This document shows positions 40,274-49,350 of a stretch of 64,000 bases of DNA, one piece after another. The notes under the pieces were generated by a model. It saw only the letters and a program-made list of their open reading frames with translations, made no database searches and was not told where the DNA came from. The translations under genes were made by a program, and so were the position numbers. This stretch comes from Candidatus Sungiibacteriota bacterium (GTDB lineage: Bacteria; Patescibacteriota; Minisyncoccia; Sungbacterales; SURF-37): NCBI GenBank assembly GCA_016186145.1, contig JACPMF010000009.1, positions 17,505 through 81,504 on the forward strand. The letters run 5' to 3'. Within the stretch, counting starts at the first letter, position 1; the number at the start of each line of letters is the position of its first letter.

Positions 40274-40900
40274 TTGAATAGGGAAGGGAATGGCATGAAC
40301 CCCGGACACGAACTGCCAAGCGATGATGAAGTTTTTGAAAAAGCAAAAACAATAAAGAACCTTCCGAAGGATGCCGCGGAAAAGAGCAATACGGAGGTTA
40401 TAGACTTTTTAAAATCTCTTGCCGAGTTTATCCAGGAAATGCAGCTTTGTACCCAATCAGGCCAAAAAGGGCCGCCTTCACCCCGGCGTTCGATCCAACA
40501 ATTTGTAAGGCGCTGCAAAGAAAAAAAGATTTCCGCATGTATCTTTATAAAAAAGACCTCTCCGGCAACAAAAAAGACGTGGTCAAAGAAAAAACTGGTG
40601 AGTGTTAAGTATGCAATCCTCCGCAATTGGCCGCAGGAAGAAGCATCTCTTCACGTCCACATCACATGCGAGCTATGCGAAGTGTTGATCCGGCATATCG
40701 AGGTTTTGCCGGAATACACCTCTGTTGAGGCCGGAAAAATTGAAATTGAAATCCAAGATTTTCCCGGCGCATGCATGCCGACCCGAAATGAAGCGTCTAA
40801 CCCACTACCAAAGCCAGCGACGCCAAGCGAAGGCAACGTGCTCTCCGAAGCCGAAACACGGCGCTTCCTGGAAAGCATGGGGCTGGAAGACATACTCTAA
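40274..40900 (+). CDS. hypothetical protein
   Basis: Upstream TTGACT-17-TATAGT promoter-like hexamers; 200-208 aa, no recognisable domain. Confidence 0.4.
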   Translation: MNREGNGMNPGHELPSDDEVFEKAKTIKNLPKDAAEKSNTEVIDFLKSLAEFIQEMQLCTQSGQKGPPSPRRSIQQFVRRCKEKKISACIFIKKTSPATKKTWSKKKLVSVKYAILRNWPQEEASLHVHITCELCEVLIRHIEVLPEYTSVEAGKIEIEIQDFPGACMPTRNEASNPLPKPATPSEGNVLSEAETRRFLESMGLEDIL

Positions 40901-40945
40901 CCAGGGCAAAACAACAGTGAACGAATCCCGCGCAAATGCGGGATT

Positions 40946-41863
40946 TTATGTTTTTAAATTTCTGGAGTGGTATTTTTTGTGAATTTCGCGAAGCGCTTTG
41001 TCAGTAACATGCGTGTATATCTGCGTAGTGGTGATTTGCGCGTGCCCCAGAAGCTGCTGGACCGACCGCAAATCCGCTCCGTTTCGTAAAAGGTCGGTCG
41101 CAAACGCATGACGCAAACCGTGCGGCGTAATTTTTTTTGAAATGCCGGCCTGCAGAGCACATTTTTTAACAAGACGTTGAATAGAGCGCGGTGTCAAACG
41201 AAGCTCGGTACTGTTTTTTATTGAAGTTCCTTTTTTAAAATGAACAAACAACGCTTCATCAACATCACCGCGCTTATCGAGGTATTTTTGAAGCGCATCC
41301 CGCGCGCGCTCCGACAAAAACACGATGCGGATTTTATCGCCCTTGCCGCGCACTGAAAATTCATCGCGCTTCAAATTAATCGAGTCGCGACTTAGTTGGG
41401 CGAGTTCGGAAACGCGCAGGCCGGTCGAAAAAAAAAGTTCAAGAAGCGCGCGATCGCGAAGAGCAGTAAGCGTGTCCCCCTTCGGAGCGCCAAGCAATCG
41501 TTCGAGTTCGTCATGTTCGATTACTTCCAATTCACGGCTAGGTGCTTTCCCCAATTCAACTTTTTCCGGCGTTAAACTTTTGATATCGCGCTTGGCAAGA
41601 TACTTCAAAAAACTCCGCAGTGCTATCAAATGATAAAGCTGCGTCTGTTTTTTAAGCGGCTCACCATCGGCTCCACTAATGCGGTTTAGTTTGATGCGAT
41701 AGCTCCGAACCGCTTCTGCCGTAATATCTTGCGGTTTTTCAATGCCGGCAAGCTTTGAGAATCGGCGCAGATAACGGTCATAATTTTCAATGGTTTTCGG
41801 CGAACGATTCTTTTCTATTTCCAAATATTCTAAAAATTGTCTTCGCAATTCTTTTAAGGACAT
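40946..41863 (-). CDS. tyrosine recombinase XerC/XerD family
   Basis: C-terminal HGLRHAFATDLLRNGADLRSVQQLLGH...TQIYTHV (R..H..R..Y catalytic set), N-terminal SAM-like domain. Confidence 0.85.
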   Translation of the reverse strand: MSLKELRRQFLEYLEIEKNRSPKTIENYDRYLRRFSKLAGIEKPQDITAEAVRSYRIKLNRISGADGEPLKKQTQLYHLIALRSFLKYLAKRDIKSLTPEKVELGKAPSRELEVIEHDELERLLGAPKGDTLTALRDRALLELFFSTGLRVSELAQLSRDSINLKRDEFSVRGKGDKIRIVFLSERARDALQKYLDKRGDVDEALFVHFKKGTSIKNSTELRLTPRSIQRLVKKCALQAGISKKITPHGLRHAFATDLLRNGADLRSVQQLLGHAQITTTQIYTHVTDKALREIHKKYHSRNLKT

Positions 41864-42197
41864 TACCTATATGGTATCAGTTTTAGTCGCACAATAAAAT
41901 CCCACTCGCCATTTCAAAATTTTTCCAGCATTCGATTCGGACAAAACATCCTTACGCACTTCGCAATACGAATAAGAAAAATCTGAACTCAACCTCGTCC
42001 CGATTTCAGCGGGACTTGGGATTCAAACAAGCAGATTTTCCTTGTATTGCTTATGCGCTCGTCGTTTTGTAACCCAAATCTCTGTAATGGAAAAATTTTG
42101 GAATGGCTCGCTTAAGTAGACAATATAAAATGAAAAACCCGCTAGGGGTCTTGCGACATAGCGGGTAGACAGTTGGTCTGTCCAGTCCATCTGCACA

Positions 42198-42689
42198 TCA
42201 TCCTTTGAAGTAAGCGACGGCCTCATCGTCCTTGATGCCGTTGGCCATCCGTTTGAAGCGGAGCTTCCACTGGCCGCCTTTGCAAAACCAGCGGGGAGTC
42301 CATTCGATGCCAAACACCACGTTGTCGCCTGGGCCGAACCTCGTGCCGGGGATGTGGTACAGGGAGCCCCAGAAACCGATGAACGAATTGCCTCCGTTCG
42401 GTGCTTGCCGCCAGGATTCCGGGATGGCTTCCTGATATTCGAGTAGCACTCGGTAATTCATATTCAACGGCTTGATGCGTCCCTCATGCGCATGGAGGTA
42501 GAACCACAGGTCCTTGCCCGTTCGCACGAGCGGGTTGGGCCTGCCGTACATCAGTTCCACCTTCTCTACTTCCCAGACAACCTCGCCCTGTCCATCTGCG
42601 AAATGCTCGCAAAGATCCAGGAGCCTGAACATCACGTCCGGAGCAGGGCTGCCTGCGGGGATGATGACACGCCCTTGTAATGTTGTCAC
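42198..42689 (-). CDS. hypothetical protein (GC-rich, likely horizontally acquired)
   Basis: 163 aa ORF with markedly higher GC than its neighbours; no recognised motif. Confidence 0.35.
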   Translation of the reverse strand: MTTLQGRVIIPAGSPAPDVMFRLLDLCEHFADGQGEVVWEVEKVELMYGRPNPLVRTGKDLWFYLHAHEGRIKPLNMNYRVLLEYQEAIPESWRQAPNGGNSFIGFWGSLYHIPGTRFGPGDNVVFGIEWTPRWFCKGGQWKLRFKRMANGIKDDEAVAYFKG

Positions 42690-42852
42690 TAATCTTTCTC
42701 CTTTCTGTCATTTTTGTGATCCTGTTTTTATAATAACAACATGTATATATAAAGTCAATAGCAACGTAGCAACAAAAAATCAGCATCTCTGCTACTTCTT
42801 ATATCAAATCTTTATGAAAAAATTTTCTTTTCCCAAAAATATGTTTTATGAA

Positions 42853-43137
42853 TCAATGATTATTCATTACCCGTTTCTCTACAGCCGAATAAACGACTGA
42901 TCGATGCTGAATCGCAAATATCTTTATTGTTATACCGTCTATCCTAAAAATAATCCTATAATCTCCCACACGGAGTTTACGATAACCTTTAAGCGAACGG
43001 CGAAGCGGCTTTCCGTAAACATCCGGCCCCGTCATGAGTTTCCGCTCAATGACCTGACGTATTTTATCGCGCCAAACCTTCGAGATCTTCGGTATATCGT
43101 CATGCACGACAGACTCGTGATAAAAAACCTTGAACAT
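42853..43137 (-). CDS. RelE/ParE-family type II toxin
   Basis: ...LRVGDYRIIFRIDGITIKIFAIQHRS.VY. Confidence 0.75.
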   Translation of the reverse strand: MFKVFYHESVVHDDIPKISKVWRDKIRQVIERKLMTGPDVYGKPLRRSLKGYRKLRVGDYRIIFRIDGITIKIFAIQHRSVVYSAVEKRVMNNH

Positions 43138-43146
43138 TTTTTATTG

Positions 43147-43386
43147 TTATTTCCAGGCTCTCGTATGGCCAACGAACCGCGACCCTTTTCTATCTCGCTT
43201 TAAGGCGATTTTGTCCCAAGATTGATCCTCTTCCAACTCCAAAGCAATTTCAATAAGTCTCGCCGCTTTTGTTGCTTCGGGGGTTCGGTCCCGCTTAGCA
43301 AGCTTACTCAAGGCCTCTTTTATTTCATCTGGCAATGTAATGTTAATTCTAGTTTTGGTAGTGGTCATATATTTATAGTGTATCAA
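43147..43386 (-). CDS. ribbon-helix-helix antitoxin
   Basis: TRINITLPDEIKEALSKLAKRDRT (RHH N-terminus); 10 nt upstream of the RelE-like gene. Confidence 0.6.
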   Translation of the reverse strand: MIHYKYMTTTKTRINITLPDEIKEALSKLAKRDRTPEATKAARLIEIALELEEDQSWDKIALKRDRKGSRFVGHTRAWK

Positions 43387-43759
43387 AAGTGTATCAGCAA
43401 TGTCAAGGGGGGATAATTAAGTTTCTTAAAGTGTGCAGTATTCTTGAATTAGTCCGAACGCATTTCGCCGCCTGCGGCGGCGAGGAAAGCCCCCAGCCTG
43501 CGTGGCCGAAGCCACTTCGGCGAGGCGAAGGCCCGCGAAAAATCCGAAAGGCGGCGCCTGCCCGCCGACCTGTCCGCCAAAGCTTTAGCGACGGCGGAAG
43601 CCTCGGCGCAGGCGGGGAACCGCACCGACTTGTCCGCCGAAGTTTTAACGAAGGCGAGTGACAATTTCCCGCCGTCGCCCTTTGGGCTATGGCGGACACG
43701 GCAAGTTTTTCTTTGCATTGCACTCCGTAGCTTTAGCGAAGGATGTGGCGGCAAATTCT

Positions 43760-44533
43760 TTAATTCTTAACATACTTTTTCAAAAGACTATGCAATTTTC
43801 TACCCTTATAAATCAGCTCATCACTTTCCAATTTTTTAAGTTCATAAAGAGGCGCAAATTCTTTGTAGAGTTTCGGCATTTTAAGAATTTCTATCAACTC
43901 ATACTTAACCCATTTGTCATAGTCCAGCGGATAAACTTTTTTGGATATGAAAAGGGCCTGCAGAAATTCTTTGGCGGCATCATGGAATCTCTTAAATGCT
44001 TGAAAATACAAACCGCGCTTCACGTACGGTTCAATGTGTTCGATATTATTCACACAATACATTTTTACCTCTTTCAATCTTTTTTTCCTCAACGATTCGT
44101 TGTAGTAAGGAAAGAATTTCTCTTTCGCGCGATCATAGGAATTGCCGCGCTTAAAAACAGGATGGCAATAAACAAAAGAGTGCCCGAGCTCTATTTCAAA
44201 ATCGTCGGGCCCACTTGTCCAAAATCGCTGTTTCGGCTTGGGGTTCAAAGTTCGTATATGCAACCCGATATCGAAAAATCGGCCGGTGTCTTCATTTTTC
44301 TTCAAGCTTTTAATTATAGACGGTCCAACAATATCGAATTCTTTCGAAAGTTCATCAATAGTTGTTTGGTCTTTAACGAAAACGTCAACATCAACGTCAG
44401 CGTCGTGAGAGCCCTTGCCACGCAAAATCGAACCGACCAATGTGATAGCCAAAACAACCTTTTTCTTCTTGAAAAAATCAACCGTCGCCCAAAATGCTTT
44501 TTCGTGCGATTTGCTTGGAAATACAAAGTCCAT
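43760..44533 (-). CDS. minimal nucleotidyltransferase (Pol-beta superfamily) domain protein
   Basis: LVGSILRGKGSHDADVDVDVFV = GS...D.D NTase motif, plus a helical C-terminal domain. AT-rich, unlike the adjacent GC-rich repeats. Confidence 0.55.
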   Translation of the reverse strand: MDFVFPSKSHEKAFWATVDFFKKKKVVLAITLVGSILRGKGSHDADVDVDVFVKDQTTIDELSKEFDIVGPSIIKSLKKNEDTGRFFDIGLHIRTLNPKPKQRFWTSGPDDFEIELGHSFVYCHPVFKRGNSYDRAKEKFFPYYNESLRKKRLKEVKMYCVNNIEHIEPYVKRGLYFQAFKRFHDAAKEFLQALFISKKVYPLDYDKWVKYELIEILKMPKLYKEFAPLYELKKLESDELIYKGRKLHSLLKKYVKN

Positions 44534-44686
44534 AAAAAATTTTCTTCCCGCAAAATTAAAATATGGTTCCCTCCAGAGGCGGGCAGGCGAGCCGACCCGC
44601 TTCGCCGGAGCTTCAGCGAGGCGAGTGTTTTTCTCCGGGTTCTTTTGCGGTTTTTATCGACGTAACGAAACCACAAAATTACACAA

Positions 44687-44757
44687 TGCGGGTAGGCGGA
44701 ATCGAACCGCCATCAGCTGATTGGCAACCAGCTGTTCTACCATTAAACCATACCCGC
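44687..44757 (-). tRNA. tRNA-Gly (GCC)
   Basis: Manual fold: 7-bp acceptor gcgggta/tacccgc, D-arm, anticodon loop ttGCCaa, T-loop ttcgatt. Confidence 0.8.
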
Positions 44758-44766
44758 TTATAAAAT

Positions 44767-44982
44767 TTATACTGCAAATGCAATAACATGCATAACGACA
44801 GCTACAAACACCAAAACTGCTCCAACTAGTTTATGTCTAGTAAAAATAAGCAGAGCCAGACCAAACCCAAAAACAGCATGCGTGACATTGGCAACCGCAA
44901 TATGCTGCTGCCAAAAAGCGTACGCTCGCTCAAAATAAAATCCTACCAATGGTAAATTTTCTAAAAAAGCGTCAAAGGCCAT
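44767..44982 (-). CDS. small membrane protein (uncertain)
   Basis: Track ORF truncated to the internal Met to avoid the tRNA-Phe overlap; two hydrophobic helices. Confidence 0.25.
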   Translation of the reverse strand: MAFDAFLENLPLVGFYFERAYAFWQQHIAVANVTHAVFGFGLALLIFTRHKLVGAVLVFVAVVMHVIAFAV

Positions 44983-44984
44983 AA

Positions 44985-45056
44985 TGCCGAGGGGGAGAAT
45001 CGAACTCCCTACGCTTGCCTCTTCAGGGCAACGCTCTACCAATGAGCTACCTCGGC
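44985..45056 (-). tRNA. tRNA-Phe (GAA)
   Basis: Manual fold: GCCGAGGTAGCTCAtTGGTAGAGC... anticodon loop ctGAAga. Confidence 0.8.
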
Positions 45057-45096
45057 TTTTTATTCAGTTTACAAAAATTTCCCCAAATCGCAACCT

Positions 45097-45591
45097 TCAC
45101 AAATCCGTATGCTCTATACGGTATCCGCCATCGTCCGAAAGCACGCGGACCGTATGAACACTAACGGCTGGGACCTCGCCGAATATAAACCGCTTTGCCA
45201 TTAAATAGTCGCTTGGAATTATCGCCGCCTTTTCTTTTTCTACGTCTTCGGGACCAAACCATTTTATCTCCCCCTCATTTTGTTTAGCCGGCTCTCCAGA
45301 AAGAAATTCAACACCGCACACCCAAATCAAAAAGTGTCCCCCAATCTCGCCGTTTTGTGAATCGCGAAGCACTTCCGAAACAATTCCGCGAAGACCGGCA
45401 AATTTTACATCAACGCCAATTTCTTCCTTTAATTCGCGCTCGATCGCGTCGGCAATATGTTCTCCGTATTCAACCTTGCCGCCGGGAATTGCCCAATAAT
45501 TTTTATATGGCTCTTTATTGCGGCGAATCAAAAGACACTTGCCGTTTTTTAACAGAGACCCGACAACAACGTTCAGTGGATGCTGAAACAT
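45097..45591 (-). CDS. NUDIX hydrolase
   Basis: Nudix box GGKVEYGEHIADAIERELKEEIGV. Confidence 0.8.
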   Translation of the reverse strand: MFQHPLNVVVGSLLKNGKCLLIRRNKEPYKNYWAIPGGKVEYGEHIADAIERELKEEIGVDVKFAGLRGIVSEVLRDSQNGEIGGHFLIWVCGVEFLSGEPAKQNEGEIKWFGPEDVEKEKAAIIPSDYLMAKRFIFGEVPAVSVHTVRVLSDDGGYRIEHTDL

Positions 45592-45605
45592 ATCAGTTTA
45601 AAAAT

Positions 45606-45869
45606 CTATTCTTCTTCGGAATCAACGCCGCCTCCTCCGACAAGACCGTCTTTTACCTCTGACATCTTTTCAAGCGCGTCACCAAGCCGCATATCAAGGT
45701 TAAGAATTCCATCTTTGAGATATTTTAAAATTAATTCTTCGGCGCGTTGGATATGCAGCGCCTCCTGCAGCGTGCCGACTTGATGGTCCATAAACATTTT
45801 ATGGGCTTCTCTAGAAATACTGTCTAAGAAATCAGAATCTCCAGGATTTTTAGGATTTGATTCATTCAT
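45606..45869 (-). CDS. hypothetical protein
   Basis: 87 aa, acidic C-terminus. Confidence 0.3.
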   Translation of the reverse strand: MNESNPKNPGDSDFLDSISREAHKMFMDHQVGTLQEALHIQRAEELILKYLKDGILNLDMRLGDALEKMSEVKDGLVGGGGVDSEEE

Positions 45870-45921
45870 ATTTTTACTGAGAAAACTAAATTATAACAAT
45901 ATTTCAATCTTAAATGTTTAA

Positions 45922-45993
45922 TGGGCGCTGAGGGTATCGAACCCCCGGCCTACTCGGTGTAAACGAGTCGCTCTACCACTGAGCTAAGCGCCC
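45922..45993 (-). tRNA. tRNA-Val (TAC)
   Basis: Manual fold: GGGCGCTTAGCTCAGTGGTAGAGC..., anticodon loop ttTACac. Confidence 0.8.
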
Positions 45994-45997
45994 GGAA

Positions 45998-46192
45998 TTA
46001 TCTTTCAGAACGCCGAGGAACAATAAAAATAGAAATTATATACGCAAAAATGCCGGGCACGACACCGGTCGCAATAACCAGCAAGAGCCAAAGTAAACGC
46101 AAAATCACCGGATCAACGGCGAAATATTCGCCAACACCACCGATGACGCCTGAAAGTACTTTATTGTCCTTACTTTTATATAGACGCCGCAT
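45998..46192 (-). CDS. PspC-domain membrane protein
   Basis: LYKSKDNKVLSGVIGGVGEYFAVDPVILRL.WLLL. Confidence 0.6.
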   Translation of the reverse strand: MRRLYKSKDNKVLSGVIGGVGEYFAVDPVILRLLWLLLVIATGVVPGIFAYIISIFIVPRRSER

Positions 46193-46208
46193 AACAAAAT
46201 AGGCGAGA

Positions 46209-46290
46209 TGGGCGAGGAGGGACTCGAACCCTCAAGCCTTGCGGCATACGGCCCTCAACCGTAAGCGTATTCCAATTCCGCCACTCGCCC
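46209..46290 (-). tRNA. tRNA-Leu (GAG), type II with long variable arm
   Basis: Manual fold: acceptor gggcgag, anticodon loop ttGAGgg, 12-nt variable arm. Confidence 0.75.
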
Positions 46291-46312
46291 GAATTTTTCG
46301 AATCGCCCCTTC

Positions 46313-46696
46313 TTACTCGACACGCGCCGGCTCTTCACCACCGACGACCCGTTCCTGCTTCATTTTCTTTCTTGCCTCCTTTGCGGCCTTGTCCCGAATG
46401 TAATAAAGCTTTGCGCGACGGACTTTGGAGCGCTTTAGTACTTCAATTTTTTGTATCGCCGGGGAATGCAATGAAAAAATCCGCTCAACGCCGACACCCG
46501 CCGCAACCTTCCGAACCGTTATAGTCGATGAAGGCCCTTTTCCATGCTTCCGCGCAATAACAAGCCCCTCAAACGGCTGAATCCTTTTCTTGTCGCCTTC
46601 TTTGACAAGCTGAAAAACCTTGATTACGTCGCCAGGCCGTACATCAGGCATATCGCTCCTCATGACGTTTTTTCGAAACGCGGTTAACGCATCCAT
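46313..46696 (-). CDS. rplS: 50S ribosomal protein L19
   Basis: ...RPGDVIKV...EGDK.RIQ.FEG.VIA...G...T.TVRK...G.GVERIF.LHSP.I..IEV. Confidence 0.9.
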   Translation of the reverse strand: MDALTAFRKNVMRSDMPDVRPGDVIKVFQLVKEGDKKRIQPFEGLVIARKHGKGPSSTITVRKVAAGVGVERIFSLHSPAIQKIEVLKRSKVRRAKLYYIRDKAAKEARKKMKQERVVGGEEPARVE

Positions 46697-46714
46697 GATG
46701 TTTCTCTTACCATA

Positions 46715-47476
46715 TTACCTGTCTTTTCGCAATGACGCTAAAAAACTTTTAAGGTCTTCCGGTAGCGATGCCTCAAATACGAAACGGCGCCCTCCCGGAT
46801 AACTGAAAGAGAGAGACCCTGCATGCAAAAACTGACGGCCCAATTCTCCCGACTTAACCTCTTTTTTCCCATAAAGCCGGTCGCCAACAACCGGATGGTG
46901 CAAAGCGGCAAAATGCACTCGAATCTGATGCATGCGCCCGGTCTTGGGCATTACCTCGACAAGTGTTGCGTTCGAAAAACGTTCAAGAACCTGAAACTCC
47001 GTTACCGCATCTTTCATTTCCCTGCCGTATTTCTCCCGCGTCGTCCGTTTGACACCATTTCCTTTCAATGCCCCAACGGGTAAGTTGATCACTCCTGATT
47101 TTTCTGTGATAACCCCGTGCACTAATGCAATGTATTTTTTTTCGACCTGTCTGGTTTTAAAAAGTTGTTTCAGAATTTCAAAACTTTCCTGATTCCGGGC
47201 GATAACCATAACCCCCGAAGTTTCTTTGTCGAGACGGTGCACGATTCCGGGTCTGTATGGCTCACCCGCCTTCGCCCCCGCTTCGCCAAGGCTACGCCGG
47301 ACGAGCAAGGCTTCGGCGGGTAAATCTCCGACATTTTTTATTTCCGGGAACCTTGCGACCAACCAAGCGGTGAGCGCCTCTTCCGTTTTTATCGAACCGC
47401 CGGCATGTACCGCCAATCCGGCAGGTTTATTGATGACAACAAAATTTTCGCCCTCGTAAATTATAACCGGCTCCAT
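46715..47476 (-). CDS. RluA-family pseudouridine synthase
   Basis: Catalytic HRLDKETSGVMVIARN, S4-less RluA/RluD core. Confidence 0.8.
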   Translation of the reverse strand: MEPVIIYEGENFVVINKPAGLAVHAGGSIKTEEALTAWLVARFPEIKNVGDLPAEALLVRRSLGEAGAKAGEPYRPGIVHRLDKETSGVMVIARNQESFEILKQLFKTRQVEKKYIALVHGVITEKSGVINLPVGALKGNGVKRTTREKYGREMKDAVTEFQVLERFSNATLVEVMPKTGRMHQIRVHFAALHHPVVGDRLYGKKEVKSGELGRQFLHAGSLSFSYPGGRRFVFEASLPEDLKSFLASLRKDR

Positions 47477-47629
47477 GGTTTGGACCTAGTGAGAATCCTC
47501 CTTCGCTAAAGCTTCGGAAGGACACAGTCGAACTCGCGTCTCCACAATGTTCCCATTTTGCCTGCGATCCCGCTAAAAGCGGGAGAGCAGCTACAAATCG
47601 CAATCCCGTAGGATTTTCGGGAACAGCAA

Positions 47630-47700
47630 TGGAGATACCGGGAATCGAACCCGGGCCTCGACAATGCGAATGTCGCGTAATGCCACTTTACTATATCCCC
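47630..47700 (-). tRNA. tRNA-Cys (GCA)
   Basis: Manual fold, anticodon loop ttGCAtt. Flanked by the 11-bp inverted repeat ggattttcggg / cccgaaaatcc that would extend the acceptor stem. Confidence 0.75.
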
Positions 47701-47887
47701 GAAAATCCAGCGGGACGAATGCGGTGTATTTCCCGGGTTTACTACTGCGAGAGCTCGCTTCGCTCGCTTTCTCGTAAAACCCGCGAAAAGCTATTCAAAC
47801 GCTTTTCGCCCACTATACTATAGGCCCGGCGCACCCAACTTACCACATTCTGGGTTATAAAAACCGAGTTGACAACCCCTTCTTGGA

Positions 47888-48400
47888 ATGCTACAAATAT
47901 GCGCGTTCCGGCACTGCCGGAATTTTATGATTATACAAGCATTTACTGGGTTTTTGGCGGCGACGATTATCACCGCCACCCCAACAAGCTCTTCGTACCT
48001 TTCCACCAGAAGCATACCAGACAACCAGAACAGCACCCCATCAGAGATGATCGTAGTCAACGCGGGCTCAATTCTCGGGACAAAACCGCCGAATCCGGAA
48101 ATAACTCCCTTGCGGGTCCGCCTTTATATCACTGCCTACTCCAGCTCTCCTGACGAAACCGACGACACCCCTTTTATAACCGCATCCGGAAAACGCGTGC
48201 GGCACGGAATTGTCGCATCGAATTATCTTCCGCTCGGCGCAAAAATAAAAATCCCAGACATCTTCGGAGAAACGGTGTTTGTCGTTGAGGATCGCATGCA
48301 TCGCCGTTTCAACGACCGTATTGACATCTGGATGCCGACAAAAAGAGACGCTTTGGTATTCGGAAAGAAACTTGCTGAAGTTGAAATTCTGCTGGACTAA
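47888..48400 (+). CDS. 3D-domain protein (MltA/YuiC-like)
   Basis: ...AYSSSPDETDDTPFITASG.RV..GIVA...LPLG.KI.IP...G...FVVEDR. Confidence 0.65.
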   Translation: MLQICAFRHCRNFMIIQAFTGFLAATIITATPTSSSYLSTRSIPDNQNSTPSEMIVVNAGSILGTKPPNPEITPLRVRLYITAYSSSPDETDDTPFITASGKRVRHGIVASNYLPLGAKIKIPDIFGETVFVVEDRMHRRFNDRIDIWMPTKRDALVFGKKLAEVEILLD

Positions 48401-48457
48401 TGTCTGCCGCAAAAACTCCGCCCTTTGGGGCGGAGTTTTGTTTTTCCCGAAAATCAA

Positions 48458-48850
48458 TTAAACCTCTTCGGCAATGCTTTTTAAGCGCTCAATTTTTGCC
48501 TGATCCAATATAAGCTCGCGGGACATAAAATCAATATAATCCGCAAGAATTTCTTTGAAAAGCTGCCTGCTTTTTTCCTGAAGCGCCCCTTTAGAATAGC
48601 GCTTTTTAACGCTTTCCTCGATTTCTTTCACCTTAGGATCTGCCGGATCAAAAAAAACGGAACCCATGTGATCAGCAACCCATCCTTTTTCTTCTTCCGA
48701 AAGGACGCCCTTTACCGCATCAAACAAAGACCGCGCAAGTTTCTTTTTGAAACCCTCCAATGCTATCTGTTTTTCCTCTTCCGTAAAGCCAAGTTCATCA
48801 AAAATTTCAAAAAGAATCCTTTTAAATTTTCCTTTCTCCATATTTTTCAA
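48458..48850 (-). CDS. hypothetical protein
   Basis: 130 aa, charged helical, no motif recognised. Confidence 0.35.
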   Translation of the reverse strand: MKNMEKGKFKRILFEIFDELGFTEEEKQIALEGFKKKLARSLFDAVKGVLSEEEKGWVADHMGSVFFDPADPKVKEIEESVKKRYSKGALQEKSRQLFKEILADYIDFMSRELILDQAKIERLKSIAEEV

Positions 48851-48859
48851 CCTGCTGAG

Positions 48860-49110
48860 CTACGCGGGGGCAAGCCCCCGCGGTTTTTAAGGATGACTCT
48901 GCCCCGCTCAAATTTTGCTTCGTGAGCCAAAGCGAAGCGCTTCGCCAGAAATGCGGAATGCGCCTATTCGGCGCGCGCTTCGCTCTATTCTAAAGTTTTA
49001 ATGTTGATTTAGTAAGGACGGCATTGCAAGGTGAAAGCAAAATTTGAGCGGGGTTAGCCCTCGTGCTCCGCCATTCACCGCGGCGGCAAGCCGCCGCAGT
49101 TTCTGGCGGA
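48860..49110. repeat. complex repeat: 20-bp inverted repeat gccccgctcaaattttgctt ... aagcaaaatttgagcggggt, flanked by two related GC hairpins
   Basis: Perfect 20-bp IR ~110 bp apart; each flank has a GC-rich hairpin (cgcgggggcaagcccccgcg / gcggcggcaagccgccgc) followed by ..ggaYKactctgsc. Confidence 0.5.
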
Positions 49111-49350
49111 CTCTGGCTAAAAGGCATCATCAAAAAGAAAAGCAAAAATGAGCAATGGAAAAGCAAACATCCCGATAAGCATGTTTGACTCCCACCGCTC
49201 GTGGGCAGAAAAGCCTTTCGACCGTCGCTCGCTTGAAGGCGACCTTTCGCTCATATTCATTGAAACTATAACACGAAGAAATGGATAAGATAAGGGGATT
49301 TTAGTAGAAAATTTTGAGAAGCGCCCGCGAAGCATGGTATAATAACGCCA

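Noticed and set aside
40901-40945. Hairpin acgaatcccgcgcaaatgcgggatttta after the XerC stop as another CCCGTTAGA-family terminus
   Set aside because: It shares only GAATCCCG; it is a simple intergenic stem-loop (bidirectional terminator-like) without the TTAGA core or a partner terminus.
44767-45042. Full-length track ORF overlapping tRNA-Phe
   Set aside because: Its first 20 codons are the antisense of tRNA-Phe; only the part from the internal Met (44982) is kept, at low confidence.
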